Of a stretch of 64,000 nt of DNA, positions 35,744 to 48,200 are shown in pieces. Made by a program: the position numbers and the translations under genes. The notes under the pieces were generated by a model. That model did no database searches. It saw only the letters and a list, made by a program, of their open reading frames with translations, and was not told where the DNA came from. This DNA is from Octopus vulgaris (taxonomy: Eukaryota): the NCBI GenBank assembly GCA_951406725.2, contig OX597820.1, positions 87,544,001 to 87,608,000 of the forward strand, given 5' to 3'. Positions within the stretch are counted from its first letter, which is position 1, and every line of letters begins with the position of its first letter.

Positions 35744-38700
35744 CCGCGCGTGCGTGCGCGTGTGATGTTTTCTTTTCTGGCAATCTAATTCAATATCAAC
35801 TGTGCATAATTAAAAACAACCAAAAATATAAGCTTGAAGTAAATTAATGCATAAGCGCTCAAAATGCAAAAACAAACCCCAAAATCTAGTTTTCGGCGGG
35901 GTGACAATAAATATTTTTTATTCTCTTATGTTAATTTCATACAGCTTGTAGCTATATTTTCATCTTTCTGCAAAGCATCATTATGCTTTGTGAAATGATT
36001 ATTTTTTCTTCGTTATTCATAATTTAGATATGTTTCTAATGGTATGTGATATCATGACATTAGCAATGTTTTTTTTTTTCACCGATATCTACATTCCTAT
36101 GAATTAATAATACTATATGAAATGTCGTTTAGTTAATTGCATCTTTTAATATTTATCTGACTAGAAGTATATTGGTGTTCGATTTGACATTTCTTCTAGT
36201 TGTATGAAAACGTGTCCTTCAATTATGTAACTACTGGCATTGTACAGGAATTCACATTTGTTTTGTTTACTGGCTAAACTATACAATGCTGGGGTTATTG
36301 GACCCAAATGTGGGGCTTATTCATATTTTTAAAGTCGTGTTTACACAATCATTTTAACAACCGATTTTTACTCAATGCAGACACTCACGAGTCTCCTCGA
36401 ATTTTTAACCTTATGCAATTTCATTCATTACCGCACTTTCCCCCCACCGCCAGATAGAGAATGGAAAAAATGAAAGGGTACTTGTACTTGTGTTCAAGCC
36501 ATGGCCAGACACCCCGTCCTTGTCCGTAACCGAGACTACGTTTTTTATTGTCCTTCCTTTTTTAAAGATGGTAGTTGATTTTAAATAATTTGGATGCTAT
36601 TCTAGCAGACGGAACGATCGCATAGGGGCCCTCATGATAAAGAGGCAGTAGTTATAAAATATCTTTTCAGTGACAGTAACCGCCTCTTTTAAAGTCTTGT
36701 TCCTAATTTATATACATTACACTCTCATTTTTAAATACAGAATATATTATCTAATTTAGGATTTCACTGTTAAGACTTTCCAGTTAAGTCTTTCCGTATA
36801 TAGTTCGCCAACAGTGTTTAAATTTCGTGACACGTGCAGTTAATGTTTTGCTTAAATTTCTTTCGGTTGCTAATTTCAATAGTACACAGCAGTCACCTGT
36901 CAACTTGTCTCTTTCAATTCATTTATACGTTCACGCCCAATTTACGCGGCAACTTTGTTAAAAAGTGTCAAATTGGTCCTTATCTTTCCAGTTTTTTTTT
37001 TTGTCTGTTAAGCTGATCATTATGCATTCTCATTTCAACGGGAAACCGAACTGATAAACTTCGTTTGCTTTTTTTTTTAATTTTTTTTTTTCCAGCATTT
37101 TGAGACTTAAACACATGTTAAACATGCTTCGGGAGTCTTTATTCCTGTCGCTTATACCTGCTAGAAATTGCCCGTCAGATTTCCCCTCATATCACGCTCT
37201 GTCGTTTTAGAAAGTGGGTACAAGACATCAGTTAGGATAGTCCTAGATATCCAAGAACATTTGGATGGTTACGGCTGAAATGCCTTTGATCATGGGCTTG
37301 TTTAGTCGGGATCAAGTTTTGACTAAACAATTTCACCTAGGAAATGCTTAAGTTAGTTTCTATTACAATTCTCAACGAGGATTTAACCACTTGTTGACAT
37401 ACCCAGTTCGTAATTTACAACAGCTAAAGACAATTAAATATATACCATGCGTACATGTAGCATACATGCTGTGCGCAACTGGTCAAATATTTGTTTTTAT
37501 ATACTTTTCCATTATTTCTGAATAACTCATGTTAATTATTGAAAGTTCTGTCATCTTTACTAGATTACATAATCGTTTTTCTAACTCAACCGGAAGTTAT
37601 TTATTTTATTTTTATTTGCTTAACGAGTTTATTTCGAGCGAGTATTTCTATTTTGAATTGTTGTAGTTTGTTAGTTTTGAATTACCGACTTCAAAAAGTT
37701 CGGTATCACTTAATACATTTTGGTTTTAAGTTCAAATGCTCAAACCGGTCCAACTCGAAAGTAACATAATCCCCTGTTTATTTGTCGAATTGTTGGGTTT
37801 TTCTTTTCTTTTTCATGTTGTTTAATTATTTGTTCAATGACTCGTTGTTAGTTTCAGTATTCTGTTTGTGAAACATCTCTCTCTTTCTCCCGTTACTGCA
37901 AATTACTTTTTTTGCAAGTTGTATTTGCAAATTTTATGGAAAATTCTTTTAAATAACCTTCTGTTGGCTACTATATCTCATCTATTAGGTGGATCTCTGA
38001 ACATTTAAAGCATTTTTTTAATAGATTTTCTATAATCACTATCGTTCTAAGACACAAGGCAAACATTCGTTCATTATAACAGGCAGTTTGCTGAACCTAG
38101 TAAGGACAAAATGATCGATGGGAGGTCAACTTAATCACTATCAAACGGAGAAGGGGCGGTACGCATTGGGTGCTGCTTTTGTTGGGGCAGCACTCTTGAG
38201 TCTGCAGCATAAGCCTGAATAAGGGCGGAGATATGGGCAAACTCAAAGGCTGTTCCGCGCGGCATTCTCTCTAGTTGTCAGTGGTCTACTTTCATTGGGC
38301 CAGCTTTCTGATTATGGGCTGCCAAGTCAGTTATATTGGATAAGAGGTTGTGAGGCGGCCCATCATAGATACATCTTGTACCAAGTAAATAACATATCAA
38401 ACTACATAAGATTCTACATTGGCAACACAAATCGTGCCACTTCATCGAAATTATAATTTAAAAATTTGAATATCTTTTTTTCCACCCAGTAATCAGCTCC
38501 AAAAGACAATGAAGATTTCATGTGATGCATATATAGAAAATCAGCCCAGCAGAGACCTTTTTTTTCTTCTTGGGAATAGTCATACAGAGATTTGAACCTG
38601 TCAATTTAGCCAGTACTGTAGAATTAGATTAGATTAACAACCCATTGTTATTAGGGAATCACTAGGGGCTGTTTTGCGTGCAGTGTATCAAGGGCTGGTT

Positions 38701-39199
38701 ACTTTTGTAGAACATTGCTTTGCAAGCTAATAAAATAGTTGTCAATACCTTGTGGTATTTAATTGCATGCCTTCTTATTCTGAGTTCAAATCCAGCTGAG
38801 GTCAGCTTTGCCTTTTTTTTTTTTCCAGGGTTGATAAAATAGTTAGCAATCAAGTACTCTACATCGTCATGTAGTCAGTTGACTTGTCTGGACGAATGCA
38901 ACTTTTTCTATACCAGACATTCTGATTGAGCAACGTGGCATGAACATCTGCTTCAGGTTTCAATCACATTGGTCTTTTGCTAGCTGAAATATCTCATCTG
39001 TGCATGCCTTAACTGCAGATGATAGCATTAGTTGGTGAAAACTGAACAAATTGATCCCTAGCTCTTGATTGTTCACATGCTTAGCATCCAGTGATATTCA
39101 TTGATTCAATGAGATTCATTTGACAAATTAGTTCACACTCACCACTATGCATTCCATGATTTCAGTGTACTCTGGTTTGGGTGGTTATATGCTATTTAA

Positions 39200-39416
39200 C
39201 CTTTTAGCATTTAAGCCACCCATATCTGCCCCAAATATTCTACCTGGTTTATGTTCAAACTGCCCAGATTTGGCTTCTCCCATCTACTCAACAATGTCAT
39301 TCTAAAAATATACAATCACATCAAAATTTCAAAGCTTTGAGATTATGCATGATGAATTCAAAACAATCAAAATAAATAAGCATTACATTTGACAAAATAA
39401 TCTGAATGCTAAAGGG
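39200..39416. mobile_element. piggyBac-type MITE inserted into an older repeat (39141-39570)
   Basis: TTAA at 39196-39199 and 39417-39420; TIR CCTTTTAGCATT/AATGCTAAAGGG; opposite orientation to 15415-15637. Confidence 0.88.
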
Positions 39417-40026
39417 TTAACCCATTGCTTGAGACCCTGACAGGTGCTACATCTCGGGGCCAGAGTAGACCTGGAAACAATAATGGCTAAGTGGTTCAAC
39501 ACTCCTCAAAACCCTGGAACTCTTGAACAAGGGCCCCACTACCAGATGCAGTTTAAAATCATACCCAAGGGATAATGAAGATAATATTGGCTAATTTGTT
39601 TCCAGTTGGTATGGCCCAGCTATACTAGAAGTGATGGTAGTTTTAAGTGAGGTGGATGGAGGAGTTCTCAGAGAAGAAGTTCAGCTCAGAAAGAGAGAGC
39701 TATCTGAAGGTGGACCAGGAATTTATCAAGTCAATTTAATTCATTATATCGAACCCCTTACCAAACCGGGGAGCTTTTATTTCTGTTAGATACTAGGCAG
39801 GAACAAGTTGCAACTGTCTACAGCTCTCTAAAATAGATTTATACTAGGTCTTTACCTGTCGTTACGCTGCCAGTAAGAATGTCAATCATGCATGTACCTT
39901 CTTTTTATAGTAGACTTGTATACAGTGAAAGTCTCAGTTACTATCATGACAACAATCTACCTACTCTCTCTCACTATTTCTCTCAACAACAACCTGTTTT
40001 TTTTTTGTTTTTTTTTTAAACAAATA

Positions 40027-40410
40027 GGCATAGGAGTGGCTGTGTGGTAGGTAGCTTGCTCACCTACCACATGGTTCTGGGTTCAGTCCCAGTGTGGCAC
40101 CTTGGGCAAGTGTCTTCTACTATAGCCTCAGGCTGACCAAAGCCTTGTGAGTGGATTTGGTAGATGGAAACTGAAAGAAGCCCGTCGTATATATGTATAT
40201 ATATATATATATATATGTGTGTTTGTCTGTGTTTGTCCCCCCCAACATCGCTTGACAACCGATGCTGGTGTGTTTACGTCCTCATAGCTTAGTGGTTCGG
40301 CAAAAGAGAACGATAGAATAAGTATTAGGCTTACAAAGAATAAGTCCTAGGGTCGATTTGCTCAACTAAAAGGCAGTGCTCCAGATGGCCGCAGTCAAAT
40401 GACTGAAACA
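40027..40410 (+). mobile_element. Full-length CORE-type SINE (family B) with an internal (TA)n/(TG)n tract
   Basis: GGAGTGGCTGTGTGGTAG...GGGTTCAGTCCC head, ACCTTGGGCAAGTGTCTT CORE-like block. Further copies at about 42375-42665 (-), 45385-45720 (-), 53026-53405 (+), 53928-54070 (-). Confidence 0.88.
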
Positions 40411-40652
40411 ATTAAAAGAGTAAGAGTAAATTATAATTCTTTCTCATACGCAATCTCTCTCTCTCTAACAATAGCAATAATGTATATTTTCAGCCAGTAA
40501 CTAAATGGGCAACATACTCTGTACAAACTAATAGTCTCTAAGTACCCTATCAATTAACTCCTTCTACACTGTCACTATATGTGATGGGTGGTTAAAGAAA
40601 ACCATCACCCAGCAGATCATTCAATAATTTATAGTTCAGTTGTTCGCTTCAA

Positions 40653-40873
40653 CCCTTTAGTGTTCACATTAGTCTAATTGTAATGCTTATTTATTCACAT
40701 TGTATTTTCTATTAATTATGCATTGCCTTGTAGGTTTGAAATTTCAGTGATGTGATTGTATATGTTTAGAATGACGTTGTAGGGTAGGTGTGAGAGGATG
40801 GCTCTGTCCAGTTTGAACATAAAACGGGTAGAATATTTGGGCTTTTGATATGGCTGGTTTAAATTCTAAAGGT
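40653..40873. mobile_element. Third, more diverged copy of the piggyBac-type MITE
   Basis: CCCTTTAG...TAAATTCTAAAGGT; internal sequence colinear with 15415-15637. Confidence 0.7.
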
Positions 40874-42665
40874 AGCCTTATTTATTTAATATCTTTCTTC
40901 CCCCCTTGAAAAGTCATATGGGTACCTTAGTGAACAAATCAACATGTAGATCTGCCAAAAACCGAACAATTCAGTTGAAATTCTATTTTGTTTCCTGTGC
41001 TCCAGCTAATTGAGTCTAAGTTGCTGCCTTAGTGGCTGAAGGACCTGTGTTTTATAATCTAATTACTAGTATTATGCTGTCTCCATTGCTCATGATGTCT
41101 CAGTTGACTGGGCAGAATTTGTGCACATACTTAGTTTGATGGCAGGGAATGAGTAAAAAATGCTACACACAGTGAGAGAGACAGAAGAGGAGAGGGAGTA
41201 GATGACAAAGAGAGGAATGAAGATGTAACAGTTCAGAACAGTATGATAAAGCATAAAAAAATATAGTAGATATAAGTTATAAAACAAGGTAGAAAAAGGA
41301 GAGAGTAAGAGAAGGTGATATGTAGAGGAGAAAGAGCATATGGGAAGAAGGTGGGAAGTAACAGGATAGACAGAGGAGGGGGTGCAGTCAATTATAACCG
41401 TATTATGGAGGAAATTAAAGCATATCATATTTGAAAATCGGTGAAAGTGGTGTAATAGAATAGAATCATCAATTGGAAAGGTATTTGAACAATTTGAAGT
41501 GTAAAACCATGTTTTATAATTGTCTCTGTGAAATACTTTTATAAAGATGAATAAATATAGAAAATATATGAATAAATCTAAACAGAAAATATGTTAGGTA
41601 AAGTGAGAATATATAGACACTCAAATATATTGGTGTGTTTGTGTGTATAGATACACATTCAAATATACAGGTATTGATATATTTTCACATACAGATAAAC
41701 AAACACACACACATACATATACACATATATATCTTTATGCCTTGTTTCCTGATATTACCCATGGTTGCTAAAGTATACTTACCTGTCATGATAAGTGACA
41801 CAAGTTACTATATAATTAATGATGGTAATTTGGTAGATATAAGACAGAGGAATAGGCTGAGTTATAAAGATAATAATACACGAGAAGTACATTTTCAGTG
41901 CTACCAGTTCTGTAATCTTATAGGTTAAGACCAGGAACAGTGGCAGAATTAGAATAAAGAGCAGAAAATAGAGTACTTGATACACTTTGTAAAATGCTGG
42001 ATACATTGATTCCAACAATAAATTTGGATATTATACTACTTCTTAATTCCTGTTTAAATCTTGTTCATGTCACATTATATTTAACTGATGAATTCTTCAG
42101 TGGGTGCTGGCTGCAAATCAGAAAGAATGCATCAGATTTTAGCCTGAACTAATTCTATTCATATTGCTAAATCCTTTCACATGGTACAGTTAATAGAAAT
42201 TCATTCTGTTGGTCAGCTGTGAAATTACCAGGCATGCAAAATGGTTTAAGACTCTGGCAGTTCTGTATGGCAGAACTGATAGAGTATCTGACAAAATACC
42301 ATGTCGTATTTGGTTGTCTCAGTAGGTTCTGTGTTCAAATCCCACTGAGGTTCATTTTTCATTTTAGCTTATCTTGTTTTAGTCATAAGACTGTGGCCAT
42401 GCTGGGGCACCACCTTGAAGAATTTTTAGTTGAATGAATTGAACCTAGTACTTTTTGTAAGCCAGGTACCTATTCTATCAATCCTTTCTATCGATCCGAC
42501 ACACATGACAGGCTTCTAACAGTTTCCATTTACCAAATCCACTCACAAAGCTTTGGTCAGCCCAAGGCTATAATACAGGATACATACCTTAAGTGCCAAG
42601 CAGTGGAATTGAGCTTAGAACCATGTAGTTGGGAAGCAAGCTTCTTACCACACAGCCATGCCTGC

Positions 42666-44404
42666 ATCAATCATCATCATCATCATCATCGTTTAACGTC
42701 CGCTTTCCATGCTAGCATGGGTTGGACGGTTCAACTGGGGTCTGGGAAGCCCGAAGGCTGCACCAGGCCAGTCAGATGTGGCAGTGTTTCTACAGCTGGA
42801 TGCCCTTCCTAACGCCAACCACTCCGAGAGTGTAGTGGGTGATTTTATGTGCCACCGACACAGGTGCCAGACGAGGCTGGCAGATGGCCACGCTCGGATG
42901 GTGTTTTTTATGTGCCACCGACACAGGTGCCAGACGAGGCTGGCAGACGGCCACGCTCGGATGGTGTTTTCTTATGTGTCACCGACACAGGTGCCAGACG
43001 AGGCTGGCGGACGGCCACGCTCGGATGGTGTTTGTTACGTGCCCTCAGCACGGAGGCCAGTCATTGCGGTACTGGCTACGGTCACGTTCGGATGGTTTTC
43101 TTATGTGCCACCGGCACTGGTACCACAAGGATACAAATTCCATTGATGTTCATCTATTTTGATTTGGTTCGATTTGATTCGATACGATTCGATTCTCACT
43201 TGCCTCAACAGGTCTTCACAAGTGTCACAAGAAGGAAAGTATGCACAGGTGGACTGACTACGTCCCAGGTAGGGGCCACGGATTATGGCTTCACTAGTCT
43301 TGCCGGGTCTTCTCACGCACAGCATACTTCCATAGGTCTCGGTCTCTAGTCATTTCCATGGTGAGACCTAACGTCCGAAGGTCGTGCTTCACCACCTCGT
43401 CCCAGGTTTTCCTGGGTCTACCTCTTCCACGGGTTCCTTCAACTGCTAGGGATTGGCACTTTCTCACACACCTATCTTCATCCATTCTCGCCACATGACC
43501 ATACCAGCGCAATCGTCTCTCTTGCACACAACAACTGATGCTTCTTAGGTACAACATTTCTCTCAAGGTACTAACGCTCTGTCGAGTAAGTACACTGACA
43601 TTACACATCCATTGGAGCATACTGGCTTCGTTCCTCATGAGCTTACGCATGTCCTCAGCAGTCACGGCCCATGTTTCACTGCCATGTAGCATAGCTGTTC
43701 GTACACATGCATCATACAGTCTGCCTTTTACTCTGAGCGAGAGGCCTTTAGTCACCAGCAGAGGTAAGAGCTCCCTAAACTTTGCCCAGGCTATTCTTAT
43801 TCTAGCAGTTACACTTTCAGCGCACCCACCCCCACTACTGACTTGGTCACCTAGATAGCGGAAGCTATCAACTACTTCTAGTTTTTCCCCCGGAAAGTGA
43901 CAGAAGTTGTTTTCTGCAGATTTTCGGAGGTCAATGCTCCAGAGCACCTGCCACATACAAAAACTATCTTCCCAGTTAGCCTACCTTTGACATTGCTGCA
44001 CCTCTTATGTGTCCATAGCTTACACTGGGTACATCTTATAGAGTTTCTACCTACACCTTTTCTACAGATCGAGCAGGGCCATCTTCCTGAGGATATTTGT
44101 GGGTTTTCTACCTTTCTACTTATTAGTACTTTGGTTTTAGCTAGGTTGACTCTAAGGCCCCTCGATTCTAAACCCTCCTTCCACACCTGGAACTTCTCCT
44201 CCAGTTCTGATAGTGACTCAGCGATTATAGCGAGGTCGTCAGCATAGAGGAGCTCCCAGGGGCAACCTGTCTTGAATTCCTCCGTTATTGCCTGGAGGAC
44301 TATGATAAATAGGAGGGGGCTGAGTACTGAACCCTGGTGGACCCCAACCTCTACTTTGAATTCTTCTGTGTACATGTTGCCAACTCTAACCTTACTTACG
44401 GCAT
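42666..44404 (-). mobile_element. RTE-clade LINE, 5'-truncated within RT (~1.7 kb), same family as 9187-12622
   Basis: GVHQGSVLSP, YADD, intact C4HC3 finger, one frameshift near 43890, FRYLG, WYGHV, RGRPRKTW, repeated 3' UTR units and (TGA)n tail. Confidence 0.97.
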
Positions 44405-44986
44405 AATGGTAAAAAAAACAAAAAACAAAAACGTTTTACTGGGGTTGATGTACTTGATTATACTTTAGGTGGTACCGACACTGGCTGCAGTCCAGTGACT
44501 GAAATCAGTTATTATGCTTCTTTTATAGTCTAATTCCTTTAATTTTAGGTGAAGTATATTGTTGGTATTCTATGAGGCCTATCAATAAGTCCTCATTCTT
44601 TTGCTTTAGTTCTAAAACTGAAAACATTAAACATATATTGTAGGTAAGGTTGTTTTGAAAGGAATAAAAAATTTGTAGGACACATGAGATCTTTTATCAC
44701 CTTTCCAACTGAATATAATGATTTCAATTTGAAAACCTGAAATATTAGTAATTCATTTCGTTGATGTTATGATTTTTTCAAGAAGTTAGTAAAGGAAAAT
44801 GAGAATTGACTTTATAATTGTTATTTATTGAAATTATGTCCAGTGTTGAGTTTTGGTAGAGTTATTCATACTCTTAAACTTTTATCAGACATTTTGTTTG
44901 CAGTATAATATAGCTGTTTTAATGCAGTATAATTTTGTCTGTAGTAATTAGTTTCTGTTTGTGAAAATACTTCAAAAATGTATATA

Positions 44987-45201
44987 CGGTAATCCCTTGA
45001 CTATTGTGGGTGTTGTTCCAAAACCCAGTGATAAGTGAAAATCTGCAAAGTAGAAACAGCACTGTACTGTATTTTTTTTCATTTATTTTTATAACTTGTA
45101 TGTATTTATTTTATTATAAATGCAAAACAACATGGAGGAATTGACGCAAGTTTAAATAATAAACTGCGCTAGGTGAGCCGCGATATGGCAGGGGATTACT
45201 G
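44987..45201. mobile_element. Tc1/mariner-superfamily (Tigger/pogo-like) MITE
   Basis: TA|CGGTAATCCC...GGGATTACTG|TA inverted ends with TA duplication. Confidence 0.75.
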
Positions 45202-48200
45202 TACATATATAGGAGTGTGTGTGTGTGTGACAACAAAATTAGTTACTGTTAATTGATATATTCCTGTAGTCAAATATGAACATAGCTGGTGCTCCATCCA
45301 GCATGAATGCAGTGGGGTTAGTAAAAGTAATTAGATAGTGGAGTTGATAAAATTGTCTGCCTTCTTCCTTCTCAAGTATGTGGCCCTGAGTATTTGGATT
45401 GTGGCCATGCTGTGGCATCACCCTGAAGGGTTTAGTTGAACAAGTTGACAGCAATGCTTAATTTTAAGCCTGTTACTAAGTTATGGGGATGTAAACAAAC
45501 CAGTGCGTATTTTCAAATGGTGGTGGTGATGGGGGACAGACGCTTGCACACACAAACATATGATGGGCTTCTTTCAGTTTTCATTTACCAAATTCGTTCA
45601 CAAAGCTTTGGTTGACTTCAAGCTATAGTGAAAGTCACTTGCCCAAAGTACCATGCAATGGGATTGAACCCAAGATCATGTGGTTGGGAAGCAAATGTCT
45701 TACAACACAGTCATGCCTGTGCCATCATGAAACAAGTCAAATGAAAGCAGATAAGTCCTGTCACCCCAGCTTATGGCAACAATATGTTATGTTGTATGAG
45801 TTGTGAGTTAAACACTCAACACACGTAAGGCTCTAATTTAATACTGAGTAAATAATGTTTGTTGATGCCATACCTCACAATGTCTTGTCTTGGTGGAGAA
45901 ACAGTTTTTACTCTGCAAGACATAACTGTAGACCGGAGAAGACTTTCGGGCATTAATTTTGACAGTAGTATGGTAGATGGACATTTAAAGACCCAGTTTT
46001 TGGTGACATTTCTGTCTATGCTACTCATTTTATATCTTAATAAGAATTTCATGGCTGAGAGCTAACATCGTTAAGATGGTCTGTTTGTTTACACTCTTCT
46101 AATTAACCTCATTACTTATTTTATCAAGCCTACAGTGACATGCTAAATGGTTGTTACATTGTGGCATAGACCTATAATGGATATGTCTTTAAACTTAGTT
46201 TATAATTACATTTTTGCAATTAAAAACTAATCATTGTGGACAGAAATCTTCTGCAATTAAACAGCTCTGTTGTAGCACAAACAAAATATTTGATAAGTCT
46301 AAAGTAAAACTGTAAAAGCCTCCACTATATGAATTGATAGCAAGTTACAGTGTGTTGAGGAGGGTTGGGAATACTACTTGAGAACAAAGTCTTAATACTG
46401 TTAAGCCAATGAATGGGCATTTTCTTAGAATGGAAATGGGTTATAAATGTACAAAAGCTGGTGAGAAGTGTGTAGCTAGTTGACAAAGGTTTCATTGGAA
46501 TATACAGTATACTAATCTTCTGTGAGTGCTTTTAAATCATTAAAATATCAAGAGGAAAACATTTTTGTGTATCTCACTTGACAGTATCTTATACAAACAT
46601 TTAAAAATAACTATTGGTCATCCAACTAACAGTAATCTGTGTATAAGCTTAGTGTTTTCCACAAAATTTTCTTGCTTACTTATTTAAAAACATGAAATTT
46701 TGGGACTAGATCATATCTGAAAACCTTGCAAATGAACTGCCAATATACCTTGTTTGAAATAACATGCAAATGTGGAAGCAATAGCTTTAGATACATGTTC
46801 AATCACTTGCACATTAATTTGGTATTTGAAGCAGAAATAACAGTTGAAAGTAGATTAGTACAAAATAAAAGTTTCTTATACCTCAGACGTTCAGTCAATT
46901 TCAATCTCCAAATATGTTTATACACTGGCAAAAAAAATAGGTTAAATGCTCTAATTTTTATGAAGAGAGTATAACGAAGTAAATCTTTTGAAATGACAAC
47001 TCTATTAATAGAGGCAATGAGTTTGCAGAATTGAGAGTGCATTGAAGAAAACACCTTCAGTGTTTTTGTTCTGGTTCAGATATCCAATCAACTTTTCCAA
47101 GGTAAACTTTTGCTGTTCCTTCTGGGCTCGATAAAACAAAGGTCATCCAACTAGTGGAATTGATAAAGCACTAGATGAAATGTTTTGTAGTATTTGTTCC
47201 AGTTCTTTTACGTTCAGTGCTTGCATTCCACTGAGGTTAGTTTCACCTTTAGTCCTTTTCATAGAATTATCAGTCGAGTAATAGTGCCATTTCTCCTCCA
47301 TTCAGCTATCACATCATTGAGGATCCACTTTAGGTTTCAGATATTTGATACATCTATATAAATATCTATGCATGTATGTGTATATATATGAAAAGCTTAT
47401 CTTGTCAGCTGTTTCTGTGGAGTTTCACCAGTAGTGTTAGGCTAGTTTATCAGATGTGAATGTATTGCATCATCCAATTTCTGTCCAACACACTAGCTTG
47501 ATGTCTAATCAACTCAAATTATTATACCATGGTATCGAGTTCTTTTTCTCCCATTCATTAATGCCTACATATATTTCCCCCATCTCCATCTATGTACAAG
47601 AGGTGATGTTGCCAATAGTTTCTTTTTAATATGTCTGAGAATATTATCTATACATCTGTTTGTTTGTTTTTTTTCCACAATACAAGAAAGAAACCAAATA
47701 TCATCAGTCCTGTCTTTTAAAGTAAACACTATCTTGAATCAATATGGAAAGCATACTGGTTGTCTGTCTGCATTCTTTGTGCAATTATTGCCACTACCAC
47801 CACCACCACTGCTACTACCACCACCACTACTACCACTACCACCACCACCATCACCACCACTACCACTACTTTTAGTGAAAACAGTAAAAGGAAGATCTTC
47901 AATCCTTATTGATCCTATTCATTTTCTAATTCTGCTAGGTTTGCTTGGGGAGTAATTCTAGTAATTTTTAGCTCAAATGAAATGGTTTCTTCAGCTCCTC
48001 ATCTGAAATGGTTAAATTGGTTTACTTTGTGCTTTTGTGAATTGGGTCAATTATTGCAGCTGAAATAAGCCTATAAAAATTGTAATTTAATCTTGGTTGG
48101 AACTTTTCCATTTCAGATATTTTGATTGCTTGAATCAGAGAAATTGTTTCAGATATTTCCATGTAATAATTGATCATTATAATAGGGCTTTTCAGAAATT

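Noticed and set aside
41030-41430. Purine-rich block with a possible decayed minus-strand hammerhead/PLE end
   Set aside because: No recognisable CUGANGA or GAAA core and no convincing stems.
45859-46065. 68-aa ORF in unique-looking intronic DNA as a candidate kinesin exon 2
   Set aside because: No (I/V)RP start, no FxFD motif or other kinesin similarity, and no matching phase-2 acceptor identified.
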